Virus record (IMG/VR): IMGVR_UViG_3300027111_000003
Length of the DNA stretch: 42,874 nucleotides
Reading direction: 5' to 3' (one strand)
Origin: a virus
A program made the position numbers and the translations under genes. A model generated the notes under the pieces. That model worked only from the letters and a program-made list of their open reading frames with translations. It searched no databases and had not been told where the DNA came from. Shown here piece by piece: positions 22,788-31,435 of this stretch; position 1 is the first letter of the stretch, and every line of letters begins with the position of its first letter.

Positions 22788-24772
22788 TGGCAGCGCCACA
22801 GCAGTCCACCGTTCCGGTCTACAAAGAGACCTCGAACATTCCGAACCCGAACACCGCCTATTTCCAGTATGACGCCAGGGACACCCCAGGGGCCGCCCTC
22901 GGGAAGCTCCTCGGGGTCTCCGTCGATGCCATTCAGAAGAAGAAGCAGATCGATGAGAAGGGTCCCTCCCAGATGGAGACGGAGCAGCTCGCTGCCCTGG
23001 CCTCTGTAGGGGCCGAGCGTGACCGCCTGAAGCTGGCGGGAGGCCAGACGATGTTCGGTATCCTCAAGGACCCGGACTCCTCTATGGACTCCTATGAGCT
23101 CAACAGGGGCCGCAGGGACGCCGACCTATACGCCGGAAAGCTCCGCGACGAGTATGCCGCCTCCGGGCTGGCCGACAACGACGACCCCAAGGCGTTCGCC
23201 GAGTTCGTCAAGATGAAGCAGCAGGAACTCTTCGAGGGCTCCCTGAAGGGTTCCGATCCGTCCTACTACCACGGCTTCCTAACCCGTGTCTCCTCATCCT
23301 TCGAGGACATGGCGAAGGCCCACGCCGGTAACCTGGACAGCTTTATTTCTTCCAAGAACAAACTGGCGATGGAGAGCCGGATCGAGGCCAAGGTCGGGAT
23401 CGACATGGCTACCGCCAAGGAGACCTCGGCGTTCGGCGCGTTCATGAACGAGATCATCGGCGTCGAGAGCGGGGGTAATTACAACGCCTTCCACGGCAAC
23501 GGCAACAACAGCCGGGTCCGCTTCACCGACATGACGATCCAGCAAGTCCTGGATTGGCAGAAGAACGGCGACTGGAAGCGTCTAGGCGCTGGCAGTTCCG
23601 CAGTCGGCAAGTACCAGTTCATCGAGGGCACCCTGAGGGAAACCGTCCGGGCCTCGGGGATTGACCCGAACGCCAAGTTCACCCCCGCCGTCCAGGACAA
23701 GCTCATCATGCACCGCCTGTTTACCACGCGGAAGATGCAGGACTATCTCGAAGGCAAGATTTCCGACGAGGAGATGGTGGACCAGCACCTCGCAACCGAG
23801 TTCGCCGGTCTCAAGAAGACGGATGGTCGCGGCGTGTACGACGGAGACGGCCTCAACAAGGCGTCCCTGTCTGCCCGTAGGACCATCGCCGCCCTCCAGC
23901 GGTTCAAGGATGCCTACATGCGGGACCCAGCAAGTGTCGTTACGAAGGCAGAGGATGGTAAGATCATCATCGGCGGAGCCCAGCCCTCGGCTATCAGCTC
24001 CGAGATCGAGAACTCCGAGAAGGAGTTTGGCCTCCCACAGCCGGTGGTCCGAAAGGCCGCAGCCAACGCCATCGTCAAGATGCTCGAAGCTGACCCGGCG
24101 ATGGCCGAGAGGGATGACCTCGAAGACATCATGGCGAACGCCAAGCTCTCGATGTCCGAGCGTGCCACCGTCACCGACGTCCGGGACCGCCTCCGCAAGG
24201 AGAACGAGACCAAGGGCCAGATCGCCGAACGCGAGAGGGAAACCCAGCTCGTCACCGCAGCCGACAAGTTCGTCCGCTCTGGCGACCAGGAGGCACTAGC
24301 GGAAGTCCGTAAGGCCAACCCCGAGGTCTACCAGAAGCTCCTGTCTCTCGAAGCCAGCTCCCCGGCGAACCCGGACGACATGGCCGAGAGCAATCTGATG
24401 TTCATGGGCCGGTTGAACTACGATGACCCCGAGACCCCCGTGGTTACCATGAGGGCCTACTCGGACGGCCTCATTAACAAGACCACCTACGCCAAGATCA
24501 TGCGCCAGTACGACACCGTCCAGGCCGCCAAGGATGTCCTCGACCTCCCAGGGGTGGACGCCTTCGTCAGCACGATGGAGGCGAGCCTCCCGGTCACCGT
24601 CCGCAAGCAGTTCAAGGAAGGTCTGGCGACAGCCGTCACCGATCTGAAGGAACAGAACGACGGGAAGCGTCCGCCTATCACCACGATCATGGAAGAGGCG
24701 CAGCGCATCCACACGCTCCTAGCGTCCGCCGGTCAGGCGGAGGCTCAGAAGCTCATGTCTAAATACGATTAA
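22787..24772 (+). CDS. Internal virion protein (gp15-position) with lytic-transglycosylase (SLT)-like domain
   Basis: 661 aa. IIGVESGGNYNA ... AVGKYQF ... matches the SLT catalytic Glu-Ser and GxxQ pattern, at about nt 23430-23790. Confidence 0.8.
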   Translation: MAAPQQSTVPVYKETSNIPNPNTAYFQYDARDTPGAALGKLLGVSVDAIQKKKQIDEKGPSQMETEQLAALASVGAERDRLKLAGGQTMFGILKDPDSSMDSYELNRGRRDADLYAGKLRDEYAASGLADNDDPKAFAEFVKMKQQELFEGSLKGSDPSYYHGFLTRVSSSFEDMAKAHAGNLDSFISSKNKLAMESRIEAKVGIDMATAKETSAFGAFMNEIIGVESGGNYNAFHGNGNNSRVRFTDMTIQQVLDWQKNGDWKRLGAGSSAVGKYQFIEGTLRETVRASGIDPNAKFTPAVQDKLIMHRLFTTRKMQDYLEGKISDEEMVDQHLATEFAGLKKTDGRGVYDGDGLNKASLSARRTIAALQRFKDAYMRDPASVVTKAEDGKIIIGGAQPSAISSEIENSEKEFGLPQPVVRKAAANAIVKMLEADPAMAERDDLEDIMANAKLSMSERATVTDVRDRLRKENETKGQIAERERETQLVTAADKFVRSGDQEALAEVRKANPEVYQKLLSLEASSPANPDDMAESNLMFMGRLNYDDPETPVVTMRAYSDGLINKTTYAKIMRQYDTVQAAKDVLDLPGVDAFVSTMEASLPVTVRKQFKEGLATAVTDLKEQNDGKRPPITTIMEEAQRIHTLLASAGQAEAQKLMSKYD

Positions 24773-24781
24773 AGGTAATCT

Positions 24782-27700
24782 ATGTCCAATTGGGAACCGC
24801 AGAAGGATGGGACGTTCCTCCCGTCCGCTGACCTTATGGCGCGTGTTCGTGCCAACCCGCAGCAATATCCTGATGCGGTCTCCGACTTCGCCAAGATCAC
24901 TGGCAAGTCTGAACAGGAAGTCCAAGACATCATCGACAACCCGGGGTCCTCGGGGTTCTTCGGGACCCTCGGGGGCATCGGCGTGGACATCGGCCAGGGT
25001 GCCGTCAAGTCCGCAGCAGTAGCAGCCGAAAACCTCATCCCCGAGAGCATCTTGGGGGAGGGCACGGGCCAGGAGATGCGAGACTTCGCACAATCCATGG
25101 ACCCGAAGTTCGAGAGTGAAAAGAGTGTAGGCGAAGTCATCGCCGAGGGTGCCGGTCAGGCGCTCCCGACCATCGCCGCGACCATCGGAACCGGTGGGTG
25201 GGGAGGCGTCCTCATCGGCGCTGGCGTTGCCACGCTGACCTTCGAAGACGAGGAGAACCTCGCCAACGTGATGGAAGAGGTTGCCCCCGGGATCACCCCG
25301 GACATCCTCGTGGTTCAGCCCGACGACGATGAGTTTACCTCCAAGTCCAAGGCCCTCGTGACCAACATCCTCACCGACGCCGCCTTCATGGGCACCTTCA
25401 GTATCGCCGGGAAGGCCATCAAGGCGCTCGCCCGTGGCGCTCCGGTCGAAGAGATCGAAGTCATAGCGAAGGAAGCGGACGAGCTGGTCGGCACGAGTTC
25501 CCTCCCGGTTTCCCAGGTGGAGACCCTCTCCAAGACAGCCGCCCGGAAGCGCCTCGCGCAACAGGCCGAGCTCCTGGAGGCAACCGGAAAGTCCGTTCTC
25601 CCCGACGCGCCAGACCCGACGCTCCGCAAGGCATTCCACGACAACGTCTTCAATTCCTTCAAGCGTCTCTCCGAGCGTTCGGGGGAAGTGAATGAAGGTC
25701 TGGACGCCTTCCGCACCGCTCGCAAGGCGGACCTGGTCTCCTATGCCGACAATGTCCTCCAGGCGATCACCCGAGGGGACCACGAGGCCGTCCTAGCGAA
25801 CCTGAAGAAGGGCGTGGTCGCGAACAACTCCCTCGAAGCCGCCTACATCAACCCATTCCAGAACGCCGTCCTCAAGGAAACCATGAGGAGTCTCAGCGAT
25901 AGCTTCGATGAAACCATCAAGTTGATCCGCGAGGACCCCTCGATCAAGACCAAGGCCGCCTGGAAGCAGACGATGGCGCAGTTCAGCGACACCGTGGGCG
26001 AGATTGGCGAGCTCTACCGGCTCTACGGCTCCTCTGCCTCCTACCAGCTCCTCGACCGCAAGGGTCTCCTGCCGAATGGCGGGTTTGAAGAGGTGCTCCA
26101 GGCGGAGAAGTGGGCCAAGGAAGCCTACAAGGACCTCGGGTTCGACCTCTTCTCGGACAAGATCGAGTTCGTTACAGCCAACGCGCTGAAGTGGGATGAG
26201 CTCGGCATCGACGTCACTCGGGTACTCCCCGAGCTGGACGACATGTTCGCCAAGTTTGACGTCGAGCGTCAGGGCGTCCTCGCCAACCTGCGCCAGAACG
26301 CCACGGCCAAGCTCACCCCTGAGCAACGCATGGCGGCCACGGCGTCCTTCGTCCGCATGGTCAAGGACATCCAGTCCGCAGCCCTCCTCGGGCAGCTCTC
26401 CACGACCGGCCTCGAAGTGGTCTCGAACACCCTGAACAACCTGCTTCTGCCTTTCATGGAGCACGGCCTCGCCAAGGGCAACTTTGCTCGCGCCGGGGCG
26501 GAATACGCTGGGTACGCCTCGGCCTTCAAGACCGCAGCGTCGATCGCCAAGAAGACCTTCGTCAAGGGCAAGGGCGTCCTGGACGACTTCGACCTCACCG
26601 AGGGGGCTCACTCCTCGATCCTCGACTACGAGGGCCTCGCCGGGAAACCCCTGAGGCTCCTGATGGTGCGCATGTTCAAGTTCGCCACGGACCTCTCTCT
26701 GGCCTCCTCGGAGTTCTGGAAGTCCACCCGGGCCTTCGGTCTCGCCTACGCAGACGGTCTGGAGCTCGCGCTCAAGTCCGGCAAGGGCAGGGTCCACGCG
26801 AAGCAGGTTGCTCGCGAGTTCGCCCAGCAGCAGTTCGATGACAGTGGCCGCCTGGTCAACGTCATGTACCGCAACGATGTCTCCAGGACCTCCTGGCAAC
26901 AGGCATTCGATACCCGCTACGCCACCGGCAAGTTGGCCCAGTCCGTGGACAACATCCGTAACAGGGACGACTTCCCCGGCCTCATGGCTCGCTCGGCCAT
27001 CCCGTTCTTCAGGACGCTGGTCAATATCGGCTCCGATGCGATGCAGTACATTGTCCCTCCGGGGATGCCAGCGGCTCTCCGGGCGATGTCCAAGACCAAG
27101 CAAGGCTCGTGGCTCCAGAAGGTCCCTAAGACCCTCAAGGCCCTCGATGATTTCACCGGGGTCAACGGCTCCGCCGCACAGGCCCGGGCCATCGGACGCC
27201 ACCGGCTCGGCATGACCCTTACGGCCTCCGTCCTGGGTGCCGTGGCTCTCAATGACAACATCGAGATCACGGGTGCCTCGGGGACCAAGCGATGGGATGC
27301 GAAGAAGCGAGCATTCGAAGAGTACCCGCCGAACTCGATCATCATCAACGGGGTTTCGACCGATCTCAACCGTCTCCTGCCCTTCTCGGCCCCGCTCATG
27401 CTGGCCGGGATGCTCAGGGACATGGAGATCGAAAGCCAGCTCCAGATGAAGGACGGCAACTACAGCGCCGATAACTCGGTGTTCGATGACCTCCTGAACT
27501 ACGCCCCGGCCCTGGTCTACACCAGCCTGACGCTGTTCCAGGACAGTGCCGCCGCCCAAGGCGTCTTCGATCTGGCAACCGCCGTTGACGAGGCGATGAC
27601 CGAGGGTGACCCCGGCGCTCTCGTCCGGTACGCCCAGAGCTACGCCAAGCAGTATACGCCTGGTGCTCTGAAGATGGCCGCCAAGTCCACGAACCTCGAA

Positions 27701-28450
27701 CAGTACGAAGGCTTTGACTTCTACTCCAGCTTCCTCGCCTCGGCGGGTCTGCCGGTGGGATTCAAGCGTCTCGACTTCCTCGGGGAACCCATCGTCCACG
27801 GCATTGGTCGCGGTCTCGATCCTCTGAACATGAAGCAGCTCGACGTGTCCTCACCGGTACGGAAAGAGTTCGTCTTCCTGAACAAGGTCGAAGGACTGGC
27901 CCTGGTGCCGCCCAAGCCCGACGCTGTCTTCGACAAGCCGTTCTGGCGAGCAATGGGTATCGACGTCGGCGGAGCCTTCTCCTCGGCCCAGATGCCCTCC
28001 CTGGTGACCCTCAAGACCACCTCGGGCAAGAACGGGTGGGATGCCTACCGCGAATACCTCTACGAGGGCCGCACGTCGGAAGACGAGCTGGTGTCCACAG
28101 GTTCCCAAGGGGATCGGTACGACATCGGCAAGGTGCTCATCAAGAAGGGCGAGAGCTTCAAGGACGCAGTCAGCCGTCTCGTGGAGGAGCCCTCCTACCA
28201 GTCCCTCACGCCCGACGCTCGCGTCAAGGCATGGAACGCTGTCTTCGGCTACTTCAAGAAGCAGTCTAAGGACCAGCTCAAGGACGAGCTCGTGGTTAAC
28301 CCCGAGGTCTTCGAGGGAAGCCGCTACGGCACCCCGATCCCAGTAGCATCCACTCTATCCGACACCTCCAAGGCCGCTGAGGCCCTCGGGGTCGGCATTC
28401 AGCAAACCGAGGGTTCACCCCTGGATGCTGCTTTTGCGATTAAAAAGTAA
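24782..28450 (+). CDS. Internal virion protein D (gp16-like ejection protein)
   Basis: 1222 aa. The largest ORF, in the position preceding the tail fibre. Confidence 0.85.
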   Translation: MSNWEPQKDGTFLPSADLMARVRANPQQYPDAVSDFAKITGKSEQEVQDIIDNPGSSGFFGTLGGIGVDIGQGAVKSAAVAAENLIPESILGEGTGQEMRDFAQSMDPKFESEKSVGEVIAEGAGQALPTIAATIGTGGWGGVLIGAGVATLTFEDEENLANVMEEVAPGITPDILVVQPDDDEFTSKSKALVTNILTDAAFMGTFSIAGKAIKALARGAPVEEIEVIAKEADELVGTSSLPVSQVETLSKTAARKRLAQQAELLEATGKSVLPDAPDPTLRKAFHDNVFNSFKRLSERSGEVNEGLDAFRTARKADLVSYADNVLQAITRGDHEAVLANLKKGVVANNSLEAAYINPFQNAVLKETMRSLSDSFDETIKLIREDPSIKTKAAWKQTMAQFSDTVGEIGELYRLYGSSASYQLLDRKGLLPNGGFEEVLQAEKWAKEAYKDLGFDLFSDKIEFVTANALKWDELGIDVTRVLPELDDMFAKFDVERQGVLANLRQNATAKLTPEQRMAATASFVRMVKDIQSAALLGQLSTTGLEVVSNTLNNLLLPFMEHGLAKGNFARAGAEYAGYASAFKTAASIAKKTFVKGKGVLDDFDLTEGAHSSILDYEGLAGKPLRLLMVRMFKFATDLSLASSEFWKSTRAFGLAYADGLELALKSGKGRVHAKQVAREFAQQQFDDSGRLVNVMYRNDVSRTSWQQAFDTRYATGKLAQSVDNIRNRDDFPGLMARSAIPFFRTLVNIGSDAMQYIVPPGMPAALRAMSKTKQGSWLQKVPKTLKALDDFTGVNGSAAQARAIGRHRLGMTLTASVLGAVALNDNIEITGASGTKRWDAKKRAFEEYPPNSIIINGVSTDLNRLLPFSAPLMLAGMLRDMEIESQLQMKDGNYSADNSVFDDLLNYAPALVYTSLTLFQDSAAAQGVFDLATAVDEAMTEGDPGALVRYAQSYAKQYTPGALKMAAKSTNLEQYEGFDFYSSFLASAGLPVGFKRLDFLGEPIVHGIGRGLDPLNMKQLDVSSPVRKEFVFLNKVEGLALVPPKPDAVFDKPFWRAMGIDVGGAFSSAQMPSLVTLKTTSGKNGWDAYREYLYEGRTSEDELVSTGSQGDRYDIGKVLIKKGESFKDAVSRLVEEPSYQSLTPDARVKAWNAVFGYFKKQSKDQLKDELVVNPEVFEGSRYGTPIPVASTLSDTSKAAEALGVGIQQTEGSPLDAAFAIKK

Positions 28451-28459
28451 CAACATTTC

Positions 28460-30850
28460 ATGGCAACCAGCATTACGTACCCGGATCAGACCGGGGCGCA
28501 GAGTACCTACGCCATCCCGTTTGAGTATCTCGCCAGGAGCCACGTCAAGGTAACACTCGACGGGGTCCTCCTGGAGAGTGGCGTCACTTTCCTCTCTACG
28601 TTCATGCTCTCCATCTCCCCGGCTCCGGTCGGGGATTTGAAGGTCTACCGAAAGACCCCGAGGGACGAAACGATCAACGTCTACACGGACGGGTCGGTCC
28701 TCCTCTCGGACGAGCTGAACGCCTCGTTCATTCAATCCGTTTTTATCTCCCAAGAAGTAGGAGAGGTTGCAGACGACACGGCCTCCCGTGGGTGGGTAAC
28801 CTCTAACTTTGGAGACGGTGGGACCATCCAAAAGGGAACCCTCGGTCAGCTCGCTAAGTACGACGACGAAGGTAACCTTGTACCCACCTCCGTGATCTTA
28901 GACCCTGCCACGGGTTCTGGGTTCATGGTTAGAACGGCGTACGATCCCTCTGAAATCGCCAAGGACGCTTATGACACGTCCAATCATAAGCAACTCGTCT
29001 TCGATAACATCGCCACCAAGAACATCCCGGCCCCCGTGACCGGTTTTTCTACCTTCGGGCGTAACGACCTGGGCGACGGCGGAGGTGCCCACTGGCACAC
29101 GATTTCTACACCGTCCCCTGTGGAACCCTGGCACAAACAGAGTGCCGATGGGCGTTGGTGGCAGATTTCGAAACAGCGGCTCGATGTCCGCATGTTCGGA
29201 GCGAAGATTGATGGCGTTACCGACGACTCCGCTGCGATCAACGCTGGTCTGAGACTGAGTGCCCTTTACGGGGTCGAGCTGTTTCAACCTGCGGGGACTT
29301 CGATGCAGGGGTCAACCATCACGCTACCTAACGGGACCTCCTGGGTGGGCTTCAACTATCTTTCCGTGGTCAAGAAACTGGCGTCCTTCAACGGAGTCGC
29401 GGTCCAATCCGAAAACTTCGCGTCATTGACGGGAACTGGCGATGCGTTCGCGTCAGGGGTTCCTGAGAGAGTATGCATTAAGTACATCACGCTTGATGGA
29501 AACTATCAGAACACCGAGCGTACAGCGTATGTTCAGACAGGAGGCGAAGGTCTCCAAATCTATGCTCGAAAGATACAGCTCCACCTTCGAGTCTTTAATA
29601 TGCAGGGCGTTGGGGTGTGGTTGGAGTGTTCTACGGGTAACGGCCCGACGCCTCTTCAGCCCGGATTTTCCCGTGAAGCTGAAATCATTCTGTACACGCA
29701 CCAGACGCAATACGAAGGTCTGGTCTTCAAGGGACCTCCTGACGTCCGTCTCGATTGGGTTCTTACGGCGGATGCCGGTTCCCGGATAATTGCGGAAGAA
29801 TCGAATGGGAAGATCAGCTCTCCCACATACGGGACTGTCAATGGAAACCAAACATACGGTGTGGTCATTGATGGTAAAGGTGCCGAAGTCGGCGAAATAC
29901 ATACCTTCGGCTGCTACGCTGGCGGGGGAATACACTGGCTTAATGGAGGCCGCATCAACGCCAACCTCCTCATGGCGGAAAGCTGCCTATTCGGGGGTAT
30001 TAAAATCTCCGGGTCGGCCCTGGGAACTATCAGTAAGCTCGATGTTCACAGGACCGGTGGCTTTGGCGGAGATACCACGCCTGACTTCATCTATGAAGGC
30101 ACAGGCAGCAACAACAGAGGCGTCGAAATTGGCGTACTGAGTTGCTACCGCCAGAATGCTGCGCACACGGGAGCTAGAAATGGTGTCCACGTTACCGGGG
30201 ATTTCTTCCGCGTCGGCGTCCTCTGTGTAGACCTGGGCAGCACAGCAACAGCCGGTCACGGCCTCTACATCGACAACGACCAGGCCCAGTGGATCACCAT
30301 TGGCAGCGGCGAAGTTGCTCGTTGTAAGGGGACCGCAGCGGATGGTCTACCATCAGCCGGTGTATACCGTAAGACAACCGGAAACGGATCGATGATTCGT
30401 ATTGCGTGTGATGTTCGTGATTGCGATGTTGCCTTCCGGTCTGTAGGGACCCCGCGTGTCGAAAACATTGACATACAGTTCTTTCTGGGCGTAGGTCAGC
30501 TCCCCTTCGACGGGGACGCCAGGACCCAGGTTGCACAGCGATGGGATATTAGTGGTGTAGTTAACGGCGTACAGAAGTCCTCCAGGTTCGTTGGCTTGAC
30601 AGCGGCTTTTGCTTCTAACAACATTACTGAACAGGCCCTTACCGTGGCGCACAACCTCATCTATGCGCCGCCATTCGGGAAGTACCACGCGACTGGCCTG
30701 GTGGACACCCCAACCGATATGTCCGATGGGGATGTTGGTTATTTCCATGTATCCGGCGCGGACGCAACAAACGTCACCGTCGTGTTCAAAATGGCTACGG
30801 CGAACAGTTCGGACACTGCCCCGCGTGTCAGCGTAACTGCGGAGATTTGA
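28460..30850 (+). CDS. Tail fibre/tailspike: T7 gp17-like N-terminal adaptor plus beta-helix (pectate-lyase-like) domain
   Basis: 796 aa. N-terminus TYAIPFEYLARSHVKVTLDG is typical of T7-type fibre anchors. LDVRMFGAKIDGVTDDSAAINAGL is the classic start of a right-handed beta-helix depolymerase. The C-terminal two-thirds are visibly lower in GC. Confidence 0.88.
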   Translation: MATSITYPDQTGAQSTYAIPFEYLARSHVKVTLDGVLLESGVTFLSTFMLSISPAPVGDLKVYRKTPRDETINVYTDGSVLLSDELNASFIQSVFISQEVGEVADDTASRGWVTSNFGDGGTIQKGTLGQLAKYDDEGNLVPTSVILDPATGSGFMVRTAYDPSEIAKDAYDTSNHKQLVFDNIATKNIPAPVTGFSTFGRNDLGDGGGAHWHTISTPSPVEPWHKQSADGRWWQISKQRLDVRMFGAKIDGVTDDSAAINAGLRLSALYGVELFQPAGTSMQGSTITLPNGTSWVGFNYLSVVKKLASFNGVAVQSENFASLTGTGDAFASGVPERVCIKYITLDGNYQNTERTAYVQTGGEGLQIYARKIQLHLRVFNMQGVGVWLECSTGNGPTPLQPGFSREAEIILYTHQTQYEGLVFKGPPDVRLDWVLTADAGSRIIAEESNGKISSPTYGTVNGNQTYGVVIDGKGAEVGEIHTFGCYAGGGIHWLNGGRINANLLMAESCLFGGIKISGSALGTISKLDVHRTGGFGGDTTPDFIYEGTGSNNRGVEIGVLSCYRQNAAHTGARNGVHVTGDFFRVGVLCVDLGSTATAGHGLYIDNDQAQWITIGSGEVARCKGTAADGLPSAGVYRKTTGNGSMIRIACDVRDCDVAFRSVGTPRVENIDIQFFLGVGQLPFDGDARTQVAQRWDISGVVNGVQKSSRFVGLTAAFASNNITEQALTVAHNLIYAPPFGKYHATGLVDTPTDMSDGDVGYFHVSGADATNVTVVFKMATANSSDTAPRVSVTAEI

Positions 30851-30861
30851 TCCCGCTAGAC

Positions 30862-30884
30862 GGCCTCCCCGAAAGGGGAGGTCC
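30862..30884 (+). terminator. GAAA-tetraloop hairpin after the tail fibre gene
   Basis: 9-bp stem GGCCTCCCC/GGGGAGGTC followed by a pyrimidine-rich tract rather than a pure T tract. Confidence 0.45.
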
Positions 30885-30910
30885 TTCTTCCTATTAAAAG
30901 TATCCATTCT

Positions 30911-31138
30911 ATGGACCCCTCAATCCTTAACGAACTCCAGCGATCCCTCGGACGCATCGAGGGCAAGCAAGACGCCCTCCTGTTGAACCAGGACCGCCTC
31001 CGGGAGGACTACGACACGATCCGCAAGGACGTGGACGGTCTCCGCTTCCGGCTCAACACATACTCCGGGGCGCTGGCCGCAGTCGGAACGATTACGATGC
31101 TGTTCAAGGACCGCCTCACTCAAATTTTCCTCGGGTAA
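30911..31138 (+). CDS. Hypothetical coiled-coil protein with C-terminal hydrophobic segment
   Basis: 75 aa, at the position of T7 gp17.5, but I see no sequence similarity. Confidence 0.55.
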   Translation: MDPSILNELQRSLGRIEGKQDALLLNQDRLREDYDTIRKDVDGLRFRLNTYSGALAAVGTITMLFKDRLTQIFLG

Positions 31139-31141
31139 CCC

Positions 31142-31378
31142 ATGAGTGCCGCTTCCCAAGACCTGATGGCCCGGTTGCACGGCGTCGTTGCCGAGGAGCT
31201 GATGAACCGTATTAAGGATGGTACGGCAACCGCCGCAGACATCTCGAACGCCATCAAGTTCCTTAAGGACAACGGCATCGAAGCACGGGCCGACAAGAAT
31301 GCCGCCGTGGCCTCTCTGGCCTCGCAGTTCCCGACGTTTCACGACGAAGAGGAACAGGCCCTCCGGGGCAAACACTGA
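31142..31378 (+). CDS. Terminase small subunit (T7 gp18-like)
   Basis: 78 aa, immediately upstream of TerL. Has the ...AIKFLKDNGIEA motif typical of gp18-type proteins. Confidence 0.7.
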   Translation: MSAASQDLMARLHGVVAEELMNRIKDGTATAADISNAIKFLKDNGIEARADKNAAVASLASQFPTFHDEEEQALRGKH

Positions 31379-31435
31379 TGATCTCAGGGGGACCTTCGGG
31401 TTCCCCGGGGGTCCTTCTCCTCCCTGAGCACTCCC

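Noticed and set aside
25793-27799. 668-aa minus-strand ORF
   Set aside because: It lies entirely antisense to the 1222-aa gp16-like gene. It has the typical GC-rich shadow-ORF composition (G/R/E/V/L-rich) and fits no gene order.
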